A stretch of DNA of 64,000 bases from Gallionellaceae bacterium (lineage in GTDB: Bacteria > Pseudomonadota > Gammaproteobacteria > Burkholderiales > Gallionellaceae): positions 26,536-90,535 of the forward strand of contig WSYA01000001.1 of assembly GCA_009773615.1 (NCBI GenBank), in the 5' to 3' direction. The position numbers and the translations under genes are program-made. Positions 42,068 through 52,853 of this stretch are shown in pieces; position 1 is the stretch's first letter; each line of letters opens with the position of its first letter. Under the pieces are notes generated by a model. That model was given only the letters and a program-made list of their open reading frames with translations. It did not search any database and had not been told where the DNA came from.

Positions 42068-43306
42068 TTATCCGACGGCCTGACCCATCTTGAAGATCGG
42101 TAAATACATCGCCACCACCATGCCGCCGATGAGCGTGCCCAGCACCACCATGATGACAGGTTCCATCAGGCTGGAAAGAGCCTCGACCGCATCGTCCACT
42201 TCGGCCTCGAAGAAGTCCGCCACCTTGGAAAGCATGCTGTCGATGGAGCCGGACTCTTCGCCGATGGCGACCATCTGCAACACCATGCTGGGGAACACGT
42301 TGGTGTTTTGCATGGCGACCGTCAGGCTGCTACCCGACATGACTTCGCGTTGAATGGCTTTGGTCGCATCGGAGTAGACCGCGTTACCCGCAGCACCTGC
42401 AACGGAATCGAAAGCCTCAACCAGGGGCACACCTGCCGCAAACATGGTGGATAGGGTGCGAGTCCAGCGGGCGATGGTGGCTTTGCGCACCAGCGGGCCG
42501 AACACCGGGATTTTTAGCATCAGCTTGTCCATGGCACGCTGCATAGCCTTGCTGCGCTTCCATGTGTAAAAGAACCAATAGCCGCCACCGCCAATGGCAC
42601 CGAAAATCGCCCACCACCAGGTAACGAAAAAGTCTGACATCGCCATGACTATCAGCGTCGGGGCGGGCAGATCCGCACCGAAATTTTTGAACATTTCTTT
42701 AAATGCGGGAATAACGAAGATCATGATCACCGCTGTGATGAGGAAGGCGATGACGATGATGGAAACGGGGTAGAACAGAGCCGATTTGATCTTGCTCTTG
42801 ATGGCTTGGATCTTCTCTTTGTAAGTTGCCAATCGATCAAGCAGGCTGTCCAGAATACCGGCTTGCTCACCTGCGCCGATCAGATTGCAAAACAGGTCGT
42901 CGAAATACAACGGGAATTTACGGAAGGCCTGCTCCAGACTGCTGCCGGTTTCCACATCTGTTTTGAGATCGAGCAGCAAGCGTGCGACGGCGGGATTGTC
43001 GTGGCCTTTGCCCACGATGTCGAAGGCCTGCAACAGTGGCACGCCGGATTTGAGCATGGTGGCGAGCTGGCGTGTGAACAGCGTGACATCCTTCTCGGTT
43101 ACGCTTCCTCCCTTGCGAGCACTTTTTTTGATCTTGGTGACGGTAATGCCTTGGCGGCGCAGCTGTGCAGAGGCACTCGCCTCGCCGATAGCGCGTATAT
43201 CACCCTTGGCGATTTTTCCGCTTTTATCTTTGCCTTCCCAGCTGTATTGAATCTCTTTCGATTTTGCCGGCTTATTTGCGGTCGCCATATTTTTTCCCCG
43301 ACTCAA
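42068..43306 (-). CDS. pilC: Type IV pilus assembly platform protein PilC (GspF family)
   Basis: 412 aa with duplicated GspF domains and three TM segments. The start may be the second ATG at 43288 (MATANKPAK). Confidence 0.9.
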   Translation of the reverse strand: MSRGKNMATANKPAKSKEIQYSWEGKDKSGKIAKGDIRAIGEASASAQLRRQGITVTKIKKSARKGGSVTEKDVTLFTRQLATMLKSGVPLLQAFDIVGKGHDNPAVARLLLDLKTDVETGSSLEQAFRKFPLYFDDLFCNLIGAGEQAGILDSLLDRLATYKEKIQAIKSKIKSALFYPVSIIVIAFLITAVIMIFVIPAFKEMFKNFGADLPAPTLIVMAMSDFFVTWWWAIFGAIGGGGYWFFYTWKRSKAMQRAMDKLMLKIPVFGPLVRKATIARWTRTLSTMFAAGVPLVEAFDSVAGAAGNAVYSDATKAIQREVMSGSSLTVAMQNTNVFPSMVLQMVAIGEESGSIDSMLSKVADFFEAEVDDAVEALSSLMEPVIMVVLGTLIGGMVVAMYLPIFKMGQAVG

Positions 43307-43406
43307 GAATTACAATAAACAAGTTATTAAAACTATTAGTAAATCTCACCAATTGGCGGGATTATAAAGGTTTTTTGTATCTTTGCTTGGCATAGCCAGC
43401 TTTGTA

Positions 43407-44693
43407 CTAGGGAGCATCCGGCTTGCGTGCGGGTGCGACGAAAATCCGCGCAACTTTCACCACACGGTCTTGGGTCTGCATGATCTCGATCGGATAGCCG
43501 CTGATCTTCAAGCTGGTGCCCGCCTCGGGAATATCTTCGAGATGTTCCAGGATCAGGCCGTTCAACGTCTTTGCTCCATCCAGAGGGAAGTGCAGACCCA
43601 TCTTGCGGTTGAGGTCGCGCAGTAACGTACTGCCCTCGATAAATAGACTGCCGTCTTCCTGGCGGAAGTATTTGCCGGTCTGCGCGGGCGACTGGGTGGT
43701 GAAGTCGCCGACGATCTCCTCCAGAATATTCTCCAGCGTGACCAGTCCCAGCAACTCGCCGTATTCGTCCACGATCAATCCCAGACGCAGATGGCGTTCC
43801 TGAAAGTGCTGGAGTTGCGTGAGCAGCGTGGTGTCGGAGGGAATGAAATACGGCTCCTGCAGCAAAGCGCGCAACTCTTCGCCGCTGAAGGCTTCGCTTT
43901 GCAACAGAGCGAGCGTCTTGCGCACATGCAATATTCCGACGATATTGTCCAAAGCGTTTTCATACACGGGCAGCAGCGTGTGGTGGCAGGTCGCCAATTG
44001 CTGTTTCAAGATTTGCGCACCGGCACTGATGTCGAGCGCCTCGATCTGGTTGCGTGGAACCATCACGTCGTCGACCACGACGCGTTCCAGATCGACCAGA
44101 TTGAGCAACATCTTTTGATGCTTGTGCGGCAGAAACTGCTCGGCTTCCAGAACCAGCATACGCACCTCTTCCAGGCTCACTTTCTGTTTGCTCTGGTCGG
44201 TTTGCACCTTGATGCGCAATAGTGACAGAAAGCTTTTGACGAGGGCACTGGCAACCGAGACGACCGGATGAAAAAGCGTGATTAGCGGTGCGAGAAAGTA
44301 GCTGGAAGGCAGCGCGACACGTTCAGGATAGCTTGCGGCGATGACCTTGGGCATGATCTCGCTGAATACCAGCAACACAAAGGTAATCAGCAGCGTGCCC
44401 AGCAGCAGGGCTAATTCACTGGCTCCGAACAGGCGCAGAATGACGATGTTGGTGATGGCCGCTGCCGCCACATTCAGCAGCGTATTGCCGAACAGAATCG
44501 AGCCGAGCAGTCTGTCCACTTTGGAGAGCAATCGTCCGGTCAACTTCGCGCTGCGGTTGCCTTTGCGTATCAGATGATTCAGGCGATGGCGGTTGATCGC
44601 CATCATGCTGGTTTCTGCTGCCGAAAACCACGCGCCGAACACCAGCAGTAATAGCAGGATGCCGAGCAGGGCGTTTAATGAAAAATTGTCCAA
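43407..44693 (-). CDS. CNNM/DUF21-CBS-CorC_HlyC family transporter
   Basis: 428 aa. N-terminal four-TM DUF21, a CBS pair (VMVPRNQIEALD...), and a C-terminal CorC_HlyC domain. Confidence 0.85.
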   Translation of the reverse strand: MDNFSLNALLGILLLLLVFGAWFSAAETSMMAINRHRLNHLIRKGNRSAKLTGRLLSKVDRLLGSILFGNTLLNVAAAAITNIVILRLFGASELALLLGTLLITFVLLVFSEIMPKVIAASYPERVALPSSYFLAPLITLFHPVVSVASALVKSFLSLLRIKVQTDQSKQKVSLEEVRMLVLEAEQFLPHKHQKMLLNLVDLERVVVDDVMVPRNQIEALDISAGAQILKQQLATCHHTLLPVYENALDNIVGILHVRKTLALLQSEAFSGEELRALLQEPYFIPSDTTLLTQLQHFQERHLRLGLIVDEYGELLGLVTLENILEEIVGDFTTQSPAQTGKYFRQEDGSLFIEGSTLLRDLNRKMGLHFPLDGAKTLNGLILEHLEDIPEAGTSLKISGYPIEIMQTQDRVVKVARIFVAPARKPDAP

Positions 44694-44749
44694 AGTGGGC
44701 GATTATCCTGAATGAAACGGGCGCATGTTGGGTGAGCGCAGTAGCGCTG

Positions 44750-45535
44750 TCAAGCCTTGCGGCGGTAGCTGTACAGCATTAGCGCGCCCCCTGCCAATAC
44801 CATAGGCAGGCTCAGCCACTGACCCATGCTGACACCCCAGGTCATCAGGCCGAAGATGCCGTCATCCGGTGTGCGCGTGAATTCGCCGAGAAAGCGGAAG
44901 CAGCCGTAGGCGGCTATTGACAAGCCGAGCACGGCGCCGGCCGGACGCGGTTTGCGCGAATACAGCCAGAGCAGCGCGAACAGCGCGACACCCTCCAGCG
45001 CGAATTCATACAACTGAGAGGGGTGGCGCGGCAGGTCGTCCACCTGCGGGAACGCCATGCCCCACGGCATATCGGTCGGGCGTCCCCACAGTTCGCCGTT
45101 GATGAAGTTGCCGATGCGCCCGAACGCCAGCCCCGGCGGTGTCAGTGGCGCGATGAAATCCATCAATGCCAGCCACTGGATATTGCGCGCGCGCGCGAAC
45201 AGTGCCATCGCGATCAGCACGCCGAGGAAGCCACCGTGGAATGACATGCCGCCTTCCCATACCGCGAGGATCTTGGCCGGATGTGCAAAATAAAAGCCGG
45301 GGTTGTAGAACAACACTTCGCCCAAACGTCCGCCCAGCACCACGCCGAGCACACCGTAGAACAATAAGTCATCGAGAAATTTGTCGTCCCAGCCTGTACG
45401 GTTCAGCGTGCGCAGGCGTTTTTTGCCCAGCCAGATGAAACAGGCGAAGCCGAGCAGATACATCAGCCCATACCAGTGGATGCCGAAGGAGCCGAGATGG
45501 ATGGCGACGGGGTCGAATTGCGGATGAACTAGCAT
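44750..45535 (-). CDS. lgt: Prolipoprotein diacylglyceryl transferase
   Basis: 261 aa. [22 protein letters not shown] and [14 protein letters not shown] motifs. Confidence 0.93.
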   Translation of the reverse strand: MLVHPQFDPVAIHLGSFGIHWYGLMYLLGFACFIWLGKKRLRTLNRTGWDDKFLDDLLFYGVLGVVLGGRLGEVLFYNPGFYFAHPAKILAVWEGGMSFHGGFLGVLIAMALFARARNIQWLALMDFIAPLTPPGLAFGRIGNFINGELWGRPTDMPWGMAFPQVDDLPRHPSQLYEFALEGVALFALLWLYSRKPRPAGAVLGLSIAAYGCFRFLGEFTRTPDDGIFGLMTWGVSMGQWLSLPMVLAGGALMLYSYRRKA

Positions 45536-45598
45536 AGGGCGAATCGGTTAGAATTGGTTTTCGAATTATACGTGCTTCAATTTTTTAAGAGGGACATC

Positions 45599-47449
45599 AT
45601 GCCGCAATACCGTTCACGCACTTCCACCCATGGCCGCAATATGGCCGGAGCCCGCTCCCTGTGGCGCGCCACAGGCATGACCGATAGCGACTTCGGCAAG
45701 CCCATTATCGCCATTGCCAACTCTTTCACGCAGTTCGTGCCCGGCCACGTCCACCTCAAGGACATGGGGCAGCTGGTGGCGCGCGAGATCGAGAAGGCGG
45801 GCGGCATCGCGAAGGAGTTCAACACCATCGCGGTGGATGACGGCATCGCCATGGGGCACGACGGCATGCTGTATTCGTTGCCTTCGCGCGACCTGATCGC
45901 CGACTCGGTGGAATACATGGTCAACGCGCACTGTGCCGATGCGCTGGTGTGCATCTCCAACTGCGACAAGATCACGCCCGGCATGCTGATGGCCGCGATG
46001 CGCCTGAATATTCCGGTGGTATTCGTGTCCGGCGGGCCGATGGAAGCGGGCAAAGTGAACTGGCAGGGCAAGATCAAAGGGCTGGATTTGGTGGATGCGA
46101 TGGTCGCGGCGGCGGACAGCCATTGCAGCGACGAGGAAGTGGATGCTATCGAGCGTTCCGCCTGCCCGACTTGCGGTTCCTGCTCTGGCATGTTCACCGC
46201 CAACTCGATGAACTGCCTGACCGAGGCGCTGGGCCTGTCGCTGCCCGGCAACGGTTCGCTTGTGGCCACGCACGCCGAACGCAAGCAGTTGTTCCTGCGC
46301 GCCGGACGCACGGTTGTCGAATTGTGCAAGCGCTACTACGAGCAGGACGATACCTCGGTATTGCCGCGCAGCATCGCGACTTTCAATGCCTTCGAGAACG
46401 CCATGACGCTGGACATTGCCATGGGCGGCTCGACCAATACCGTGCTGCATTTGCTTGCCATCGCGTACGAGGCGGGCGTGGACTTCACTATGAAAGATAT
46501 GGATAGGCTGTCGCTGCATGTGCCGACCTTGTGCAAGGTCGCGCCATCGTCCGAGTACCACATGGAGGACGTGCATCGCGCGGGCGGTGTCGCCGCAATA
46601 TTGGGCGAGCTGGATAGAGCCGGTCTGCTACATGCCGACGCGGGAACGGTGCACAGCAAGACCCTGCGCGACGGCCTCAAACAGTGGGACATCGTGCAGA
46701 ACAAGGACGAGGCGGTGCAGAAATTCTTTCGCGCCGCACCCGGCGGCATCGTCACCACCATCGCGTTTTCGCAGTCCATGCTGTACCCGGACGTGGACGC
46801 GGATCGCGCCAATGGTTGCATTCGCGACAAGGCGCACGCCTACTCCAAGGACGGCGGGCTGGCGGTGCTGCACGGCAACATCGCGCTGGACGGCTGCATC
46901 GTGAAGACGGCGGGCGTGGATGAGAGCATCCTGAAATTCAGCGGACGCGCGCGCGTGTTCGAGAGTCAGGACGCGGCGACGGCGGGTATCCTTGCCGACC
47001 AGATCGTCGCGGGCGATGTGGTGGTGATCCGTTACGAAGGGCCGCGCGGCGGGCCGGGCATGCAGGAGATGCTGTATCCGACCGCGTACCTGAAATCGAA
47101 AGGTCTGGGCAAAGCGTGCGCGCTGCTCACCGACGGGCGCTTTTCCGGCGGTACCTCGGGCTTGAGCATCGGCCATGTCTCGCCGGAGGCTGCGAGCGGC
47201 GGCGCGATAGGCTTGGTGATGGAAGGCGACAGCATCGAAATCGACATTCCGAATCGCAGTATCCGTCTGGTGATCAGCGATGCCGAGTTGACGCAGCGCC
47301 GTGCGGTGATGGAAGCCAAGGGTAAGCAAGCTTGGAAGCCCGCAGCCGAACGTCAGCGCAAAGTATCGGTGGCGTTGCGCGCTTATGCGGCGATGGTGAC
47401 GAGCGCCGACAAGGGCGCGGTGCGCGATGTGTCGCAGGTTGAAAAGTAA
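45599..47449 (+). CDS. ilvD: Dihydroxy-acid dehydratase
   Basis: [38 protein letters not shown], and [11 protein letters not shown] near the C-terminus. Confidence 0.95.
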   Translation: MPQYRSRTSTHGRNMAGARSLWRATGMTDSDFGKPIIAIANSFTQFVPGHVHLKDMGQLVAREIEKAGGIAKEFNTIAVDDGIAMGHDGMLYSLPSRDLIADSVEYMVNAHCADALVCISNCDKITPGMLMAAMRLNIPVVFVSGGPMEAGKVNWQGKIKGLDLVDAMVAAADSHCSDEEVDAIERSACPTCGSCSGMFTANSMNCLTEALGLSLPGNGSLVATHAERKQLFLRAGRTVVELCKRYYEQDDTSVLPRSIATFNAFENAMTLDIAMGGSTNTVLHLLAIAYEAGVDFTMKDMDRLSLHVPTLCKVAPSSEYHMEDVHRAGGVAAILGELDRAGLLHADAGTVHSKTLRDGLKQWDIVQNKDEAVQKFFRAAPGGIVTTIAFSQSMLYPDVDADRANGCIRDKAHAYSKDGGLAVLHGNIALDGCIVKTAGVDESILKFSGRARVFESQDAATAGILADQIVAGDVVVIRYEGPRGGPGMQEMLYPTAYLKSKGLGKACALLTDGRFSGGTSGLSIGHVSPEAASGGAIGLVMEGDSIEIDIPNRSIRLVISDAELTQRRAVMEAKGKQAWKPAAERQRKVSVALRAYAAMVTSADKGAVRDVSQVEK

Positions 47450-47462
47450 AACGGCAAATATT

Positions 47463-47606
47463 TTAGCCGCAGATGAACAAGGATGTTTACGGATGAAAAT
47501 CAAGCCATGAAGGTTTTGTCCGTGTTAATCTGCACCCGCAAGAGGTGGGTCGGGGATAGCAAGCCGCTGAAGCGGCGACAACCACGCTCTGTTCATCCGT
47601 GGCTAA
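47463..47606. repeat. REP-like element with imperfect terminal inverted repeats downstream of ilvD
   Basis: TTAGCCGCAGATGAAC (47463-47478) against the reverse complement of GTTCATCCGTGGCTAA (47591-47606), matching at 14 of 16 positions. There are extra internal copies of the GGATGAA / GTTAATCTGC motif. Confidence 0.55.
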
Positions 47607-47635
47607 TTGTAGTTTCATAGGTAACAGGAGGATCC

Positions 47636-48250
47636 ATGCAGACCATATTGATAGCCAATCCCAAAGGTGGTAGCGGCAAGACTACGCTGAGCACCAACGT
47701 CGCGGGTTATCTGGCCTCGACGGGGAGGCATGTGGCGATGCTCGATCTGGATCGGCAGAAGTCGGCCAATCTTTGGCTGGCTCAGCGCGATAGCAGTTTG
47801 CCGATCATCTGGCCGATGCAGGATGAGCGTAAAAATGTCGAAAAAGCCGATGTGATGGTGATCGATTCCCCGGCGGGGTTGCATGGCAAGAACTTGGATC
47901 ATGCGATCAAATTGGTGGAAAAGATTATTGTGCCGATCGCTCCGTCATTGTTCGACATTCAGGCCAGTTACGATTTCTTGCAGGTATTGAGCGCAGTAAA
48001 AGCCGCGCGCAAAGGTCATGTGCAGATCGGCGTGGTGGGCATGCGCATGGCTCCGCGCACGCGCGCTGCGGTGACGCTGGAGCAGTTTCTGGAGCAGCTC
48101 GACCTGCCGGTCTTGGCCTATTTGCGCGAGGCGCAGGTGTATGTGAACGCCGCGTTTGAAGGCAAGAGCATCTTTGACGTTGCGCCGCATCTCGCTGAAC
48201 AGGATTTGGAGCAATGGGCGGACTTGATTAAATGGCTGGAACAGCCATGA
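47636..48250 (+). CDS. ParA/MinD-family P-loop ATPase (orphan, no adjacent parB)
   Basis: 204 aa. Deviant Walker A NPKGGSGKTT. Confidence 0.8.
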   Translation: MQTILIANPKGGSGKTTLSTNVAGYLASTGRHVAMLDLDRQKSANLWLAQRDSSLPIIWPMQDERKNVEKADVMVIDSPAGLHGKNLDHAIKLVEKIIVPIAPSLFDIQASYDFLQVLSAVKAARKGHVQIGVVGMRMAPRTRAAVTLEQFLEQLDLPVLAYLREAQVYVNAAFEGKSIFDVAPHLAEQDLEQWADLIKWLEQP

Positions 48251-48388
48251 AGTGTCAACCGTTCTAGCAAGCTAGGCGTTAATACCCAGTCTTTGCAAAG
48301 CGGGTTTGCAAAGTCGATGGAGTTGTTTAGAATGCGCGCGGGGAAATAAGTCCCAAATTTTTTGATGTTCAATTTACAGGGAGAGAAT

Positions 48389-48712
48389 ATGAAATCTATT
48401 TTGGTTAGCATGATCGCTGCTGCAGGTCTGTTGGTTGCTGGTTCCGCAATGGCAACAGATATGCCAGCAGTGGCTAAAAAGCTGAATTGCACAGCTTGCC
48501 ACGCAATCGACAAAAAGGTTGTCGGACCGGCTTGGCAAGCGGTTGCTGACAAGTACAAGGGTCAAGACATGGAAGCCAAGCTGATCACCAAGGTTTCCAA
48601 GGGTGGTTCCGGCGTGTGGGGTTCTATGCCTATGCCGGCAAACGATGCAGCTGGCACTAAGCAAGCTGAGATCAAAGAAGTTGTGAAGTTCATTCTGGGT
48701 CTGGCTAAGTAA
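48389..48712 (+). CDS. Small soluble c-type cytochrome (c551/c8-like)
   Basis: Signal peptide MKSILVSMIAAAGLLVAGSAMA, CTACH heme motif, distal Met in GSMPMP. Confidence 0.88.
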   Translation: MKSILVSMIAAAGLLVAGSAMATDMPAVAKKLNCTACHAIDKKVVGPAWQAVADKYKGQDMEAKLITKVSKGGSGVWGSMPMPANDAAGTKQAEIKEVVKFILGLAK

Positions 48713-48727
48713 TTAGCTCTTGCTCTT

Positions 48728-48753
48728 AAAAGCCGGCGCAAGCCGGCTTTTTT
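48728..48753 (+). terminator. Intrinsic terminator after the cytochrome c gene
   Basis: AAAAGCCGGC-GCAA-GCCGGCTTTTTT. Confidence 0.8.
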
Positions 48754-48764
48754 ATTGCCCAAAA

Positions 48765-48793
48765 TTGACAAGCTCTAGGGGGCTACGCATAAT
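48765..48793 (+). promoter_or_regulatory. Sigma70-type promoter of the liv operon
   Basis: TTGACA (48765-48770), 17-nt spacer, CATAAT (48788-48793), 33 nt upstream of the livK ATG. Confidence 0.55.
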
Positions 48794-48825
48794 CCCGCCG
48801 TCTTTTTGTCCAGCGAATTCACATT

Positions 48826-50016
48826 ATGTCCTTCAATAAAATTTCCCCTCTTCTGGTATTGCTGGTTGCGGTTATTTCAGCCGGTTGTGGCAAGACTGAA
48901 ACGCAAGTGGTGCAGCCTAAAGATACCGACGAACTGGTGGTGAAAATAGGCGCTTCCGCGCCGCTCACCGGCCCGCAGGCGCATATCGGCAAAGACAACG
49001 AGAACGGCACGCGCATGGCGATAGACGATGCGAATGCGAAGGGCGTGACCATAGCCGGTAAGAAAGTGCGCTTCGAACTGTTGAGCGAAGATGACCAGAC
49101 CGACCCCAAGGCCGCGACCATCGTGGCGCAAAAGCTGGTGGATGCCAAAGTGAACGGTGTCATCGGACATCTCAATTCCGGCACGACCATCCCAGCTTCG
49201 CGCATCTACAGCGACAACGGCATTCCGCAAATTTCCCCTTCAGCTACGGCCGTGGCCTACACCGCACAGGGCTATAAAACCGCGTTCCGCGTGATGGCAA
49301 ACGACGCGCAACAGGGCAAAGTGCTGGGTGAATATGCGACGAAAAATCTGGGCGCAAAAAAGATCGCGGTGCTGGATGACCGCACGGCTTACGGCCAAGG
49401 TATCGCGGACGAGTTCGTGAAAGCGGCGCAGGCCAGCGGCGCAGAGATTGTTTCGCGCCAATACACCACCGACAAGGCGATTGATTTCGCATCCGTGCTG
49501 ACCTCGATCAAAGGCAAGCACCCCGACCTCGTATTCTTCGGCGGCATGGATCCGCAGGGCGCGCCTATGGTTAAGCAATTGCGCGCACTGGGTATGAAGA
49601 CGCAGTTCTTAATGGGCGATGGCGGCTACACGCCGAAGCTGATTGAGAACGCAGGTGCGGCCGCCGAAGGCACGTATGCTTCTTTGCCCGGCGTGCCTTT
49701 GGACAAGATGCAGGGAGGCCGCGATTTTTCCACCCGCTATGAAGCGCAGTTCAAGCAGCCCATCCAGTTGTATGCCCCGTATTGCTACGACGCAGTGAAC
49801 GTGATGATCGCCGCGATGCAGCAAGCTGGTTCGGCCGAGCCGGCCAAATATCTGCCGTTGCTGGGTAAGGTGGTGCACGACGGCGTGACAGCCAAGATCG
49901 CCTTCGATGAAAAAGGCGACCTCAAGGGCGGCGCGATCACCATGTATCAGGTGCGTCAGGGAAAATGGCAAGCGGTTGAGACGATGGGCGGCACCGCGCC
50001 GGTCGCCGCGCATTGA
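48826..50016 (+). CDS. livK: Branched-chain amino acid ABC transporter substrate-binding lipoprotein
   Basis: 396 aa. Lipobox VISAGCG. The LivK/LivJ-type periplasmic binding fold is inferred from context with livHMGF. Confidence 0.85.
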   Translation: MSFNKISPLLVLLVAVISAGCGKTETQVVQPKDTDELVVKIGASAPLTGPQAHIGKDNENGTRMAIDDANAKGVTIAGKKVRFELLSEDDQTDPKAATIVAQKLVDAKVNGVIGHLNSGTTIPASRIYSDNGIPQISPSATAVAYTAQGYKTAFRVMANDAQQGKVLGEYATKNLGAKKIAVLDDRTAYGQGIADEFVKAAQASGAEIVSRQYTTDKAIDFASVLTSIKGKHPDLVFFGGMDPQGAPMVKQLRALGMKTQFLMGDGGYTPKLIENAGAAAEGTYASLPGVPLDKMQGGRDFSTRYEAQFKQPIQLYAPYCYDAVNVMIAAMQQAGSAEPAKYLPLLGKVVHDGVTAKIAFDEKGDLKGGAITMYQVRQGKWQAVETMGGTAPVAAH

Positions 50017-50036
50017 TGCGTGCAATGGTTAATTCA

Positions 50037-50061
50037 AGCGACACCTTGCGTGTCGCTTTTT
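50037..50061 (+). terminator. Hairpin with T-run between livK and livH (attenuating terminator)
   Basis: AGCGACAC-CTTGC-GTGTCGCT followed by TTTT. Confidence 0.6.
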
Positions 50062-50072
50062 ATTTGTAAGCC

Positions 50073-50996
50073 GTGGACATCCTCTTTCAGCAAATCGTTA
50101 ATGGCCTGGTGCAGGGCAGCGTGTATGCGCTGGTCGCGCTCGGCTACACCATGGTCTACGGCATTCTCGGCCTGATCAATTTCGCGCATGGCGAAGTGGT
50201 GATGGTCGGTGCCATGGTGGCACTCACCGTGTTGCAAATTTTGCTGGCGGCGGCGCTCTCTTCGGTGCTGGCCGTATTGTGCAGCTTGATGGTGGCCGTC
50301 GCCGCGTGTATGGCGCTGGGCTACGGCATAGAACGCGTCGCCTACCGCCCGCTGCGCAATGCGCCGCGTCTCGCTCCTTTGATCACCGCCATCGGTGTTT
50401 CCATCGTGCTGCAAAATCTGGCGATGATGATCTGGGGGCGCGAATATCACGCTTTCCCTATGCCGTTTAGCAATGGTCTGCATGAGCTGGGCGGCGCGAT
50501 TATCACCGATGTGCAGATCGCCATCGTGTTGATCGCATTGCTCATGATGGCGGGCTTGATGTTGCTGATCCATCGCAGCCGCTTCGGTCGCTCGATGCGC
50601 GCGGTCGCCGAGAATCCCTCTGCTGCTGCGCTGATGGGCGTGGATATCAATCGCGTAATCTCCGCGACTTTCATGCTGGGCTCGGCGTTGGCTGCCGTGG
50701 CGGGCTTTATGGTTAGCGCCAACTACGGCATCGTGCATTACTACATGGGCTTTATGCTCGGGTTAAAAGCCTTTACTGCTGCGGTGCTGGGCGGCATCGG
50801 CAATCTGCGCGGGGCGATGCTGGGCGGCGTGGTGCTGGGTCTGATCGAGAGTTTGGGTGCGGGCTACATCGGCGACCTGAGCGGCGGTTTCTTCGGCAGC
50901 AACTATCAGGACGTGTTCGCGTTCTTTGTGCTGATCGCGGTGCTGGTGTTTAGACCCTCCGGCTTGCTGGGCGAACGTGTGGCGGAGCGCGCATGA
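50073..50996 (+). CDS. livH: Branched-chain amino acid ABC permease LivH
   Basis: 307 aa, GTG start. MDILFQQIVNGLVQGSVYALVALGYTMVYG is typical of LivH. Confidence 0.9.
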   Translation: MDILFQQIVNGLVQGSVYALVALGYTMVYGILGLINFAHGEVVMVGAMVALTVLQILLAAALSSVLAVLCSLMVAVAACMALGYGIERVAYRPLRNAPRLAPLITAIGVSIVLQNLAMMIWGREYHAFPMPFSNGLHELGGAIITDVQIAIVLIALLMMAGLMLLIHRSRFGRSMRAVAENPSAAALMGVDINRVISATFMLGSALAAVAGFMVSANYGIVHYYMGFMLGLKAFTAAVLGGIGNLRGAMLGGVVLGLIESLGAGYIGDLSGGFFGSNYQDVFAFFVLIAVLVFRPSGLLGERVAERA

Positions 50997-52093
50997 AGTT
51001 CAATCATCAATCCAAGCCGATGCTCGCGGCGTTTGCCGCCGCGTTGCTGGTGTTGCCGTTCATCATCGACTCGCTTCTCGGCCACGGCTGGGTGCGCATC
51101 GCCGACTTCGCCTTGCTCTACATCATGCTCGCGCTGGGGCTGAACATCGTGGTCGGCTATGCGGGCTTGCTCGATTTGGGTTACATCGCGTTCTTCGCGG
51201 TGGGCGCCTACACCTATGCGCTGCTCGGCTCGCCGCAGTTCGGTCTGCACTGGCCGATCTGGGCGGTGTTACCGCTGGGCGCGCTGCTCGCTTGTTTCTT
51301 CGGCGTGCTGCTCGGTGCGCCCACCTTGCGTCTGCGCGGCGATTACCTCGCCATCGTCACGCTGGGCTTCGGCGAGATCATCCGCATTTTCATGAACAAC
51401 TTGAATGCGCCGGTCAACATCACCAACGGCCCTCAGGGCATTAGCAGCATCGATCCGCTGAGTATGGGCGGCTTTTCCTTCAGCAAGACGCACGAGCTGT
51501 TCGGTGTGGATTTCACGGCAGTGCATTTGCATTACTACCTGTTTCTCGGCTTCACTTTGCTGGTGATCTTCGTCTCGCTACGTTTGCAGCATTCGCGTAT
51601 CGGTCGCGCGTGGATGGCGATACGCGAAGACGAAGTGGCGGCGAATGCGATGGGCATCAACACGCGCAACATCAAGCTGCTCGCGTTCGCCATGGGAGCA
51701 ACGTTCGGCGGCATTTCCGGCGGATTGTTCGCGGGCTTTCAGGGCTTTGTCAGCCCCGAGAGTTTCAGCCTGATGGAGTCGGTGATGATCCTGTGCATGG
51801 TGGTGCTGGGCGGCATGGGCAACATCGCGGGTGTGGTCTTGGGTGGTGTGTTGCTGGTGATACTGCCCGAAGCCTTCCGCCACGGCGCGGGCCCGCTACA
51901 GCAGGCCTTGTTCGGCAAGATCGTGGTCGATCCCGAAAGCTTGCGCATGCTGATGTTTGGCTTGGCGCTGATTCTGGTAATGCTGTGGCGTCCCGCCGGA
52001 TTGTGGCCTTCCACCCAGCGCCGCCGCGAACTGATGCCGGATGAAACCGTAGCACAGCAAGAACAGGATACGGTGTATGACGCAGCCAAGTGA
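50993..52093 (+). CDS. livM: Branched-chain amino acid ABC permease LivM
   Basis: 366 aa polytopic protein. GYAGLLDLGYIAFFAVGAY motif. Confidence 0.9.
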   Translation: MKFNHQSKPMLAAFAAALLVLPFIIDSLLGHGWVRIADFALLYIMLALGLNIVVGYAGLLDLGYIAFFAVGAYTYALLGSPQFGLHWPIWAVLPLGALLACFFGVLLGAPTLRLRGDYLAIVTLGFGEIIRIFMNNLNAPVNITNGPQGISSIDPLSMGGFSFSKTHELFGVDFTAVHLHYYLFLGFTLLVIFVSLRLQHSRIGRAWMAIREDEVAANAMGINTRNIKLLAFAMGATFGGISGGLFAGFQGFVSPESFSLMESVMILCMVVLGGMGNIAGVVLGGVLLVILPEAFRHGAGPLQQALFGKIVVDPESLRMLMFGLALILVMLWRPAGLWPSTQRRRELMPDETVAQQEQDTVYDAAK

Positions 52094-52853
52094 AACTTTG
52101 CTGGAGCTGTCAGGGGTGTGCAAACACTTCGGCGGATTGGCCGCGCTGTCCGCTGTGTCGCTGCATATTAAGCGCGGAGAAATCTACGGACTCATCGGGC
52201 CGAACGGCGCGGGAAAGACCACGCTGTTCAATGTGATCACCGGACTGTATCAGCTCGACGAGGGCACGTTTAGCTTTGATGCTAACTCTTATGCCTGTTG
52301 CAAGCCGCATCTGCTGGCGCAGGCAGGTATCGCGCGCACCTTTCAGAACATTCGCCTGTTCGCCAACATGACGGCGCTGGAGAACGTTATGGTCGGACGG
52401 CATGTGCGCACGCACTCCGGCATCTGGGGAGCGCTTACACACAACCGTGCCACCTGCGCGGAAGAGCGCGCCATCGCTGGACGCGCGCACGAATTGCTGC
52501 GTTACGTCGGCATTCATCGGCCTTCAAATACGCTGGCGAAAAATCTTTCCTATGGTGAGCAGCGCAGGCTGGAGATTGCCCGCGCGTTGGCCACGGAACC
52601 CAAGCTGCTGGCGCTGGACGAGCCGGTCGCGGGAATGAATGCGACCGAAACCGAAAGCCTGAAGGCTTTGCTGCAATCCATACGCAATGACGGCGTTACC
52701 GTGTTGCTTATCGAGCACGACGTGAAGCTCATTATGGGGTTGTGCGATCGCGTGGCGGTGTTGGACTATGGCAAGAAAATCGCCGAAGGAAAACCGGAAG
52801 ACGTGCGCCGCGATCCGGCAGTGATAGCGGCTTATCTGGGAGGCGAAGCATGA
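52077..52853 (+). CDS. livG: Branched-chain amino acid ABC ATP-binding protein LivG
   Basis: GPNGAGKTT Walker A and LSYGEQRRLEIARAL signature. Confidence 0.92.
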   Translation: MTQPSETLLELSGVCKHFGGLAALSAVSLHIKRGEIYGLIGPNGAGKTTLFNVITGLYQLDEGTFSFDANSYACCKPHLLAQAGIARTFQNIRLFANMTALENVMVGRHVRTHSGIWGALTHNRATCAEERAIAGRAHELLRYVGIHRPSNTLAKNLSYGEQRRLEIARALATEPKLLALDEPVAGMNATETESLKALLQSIRNDGVTVLLIEHDVKLIMGLCDRVAVLDYGKKIAEGKPEDVRRDPAVIAAYLGGEA

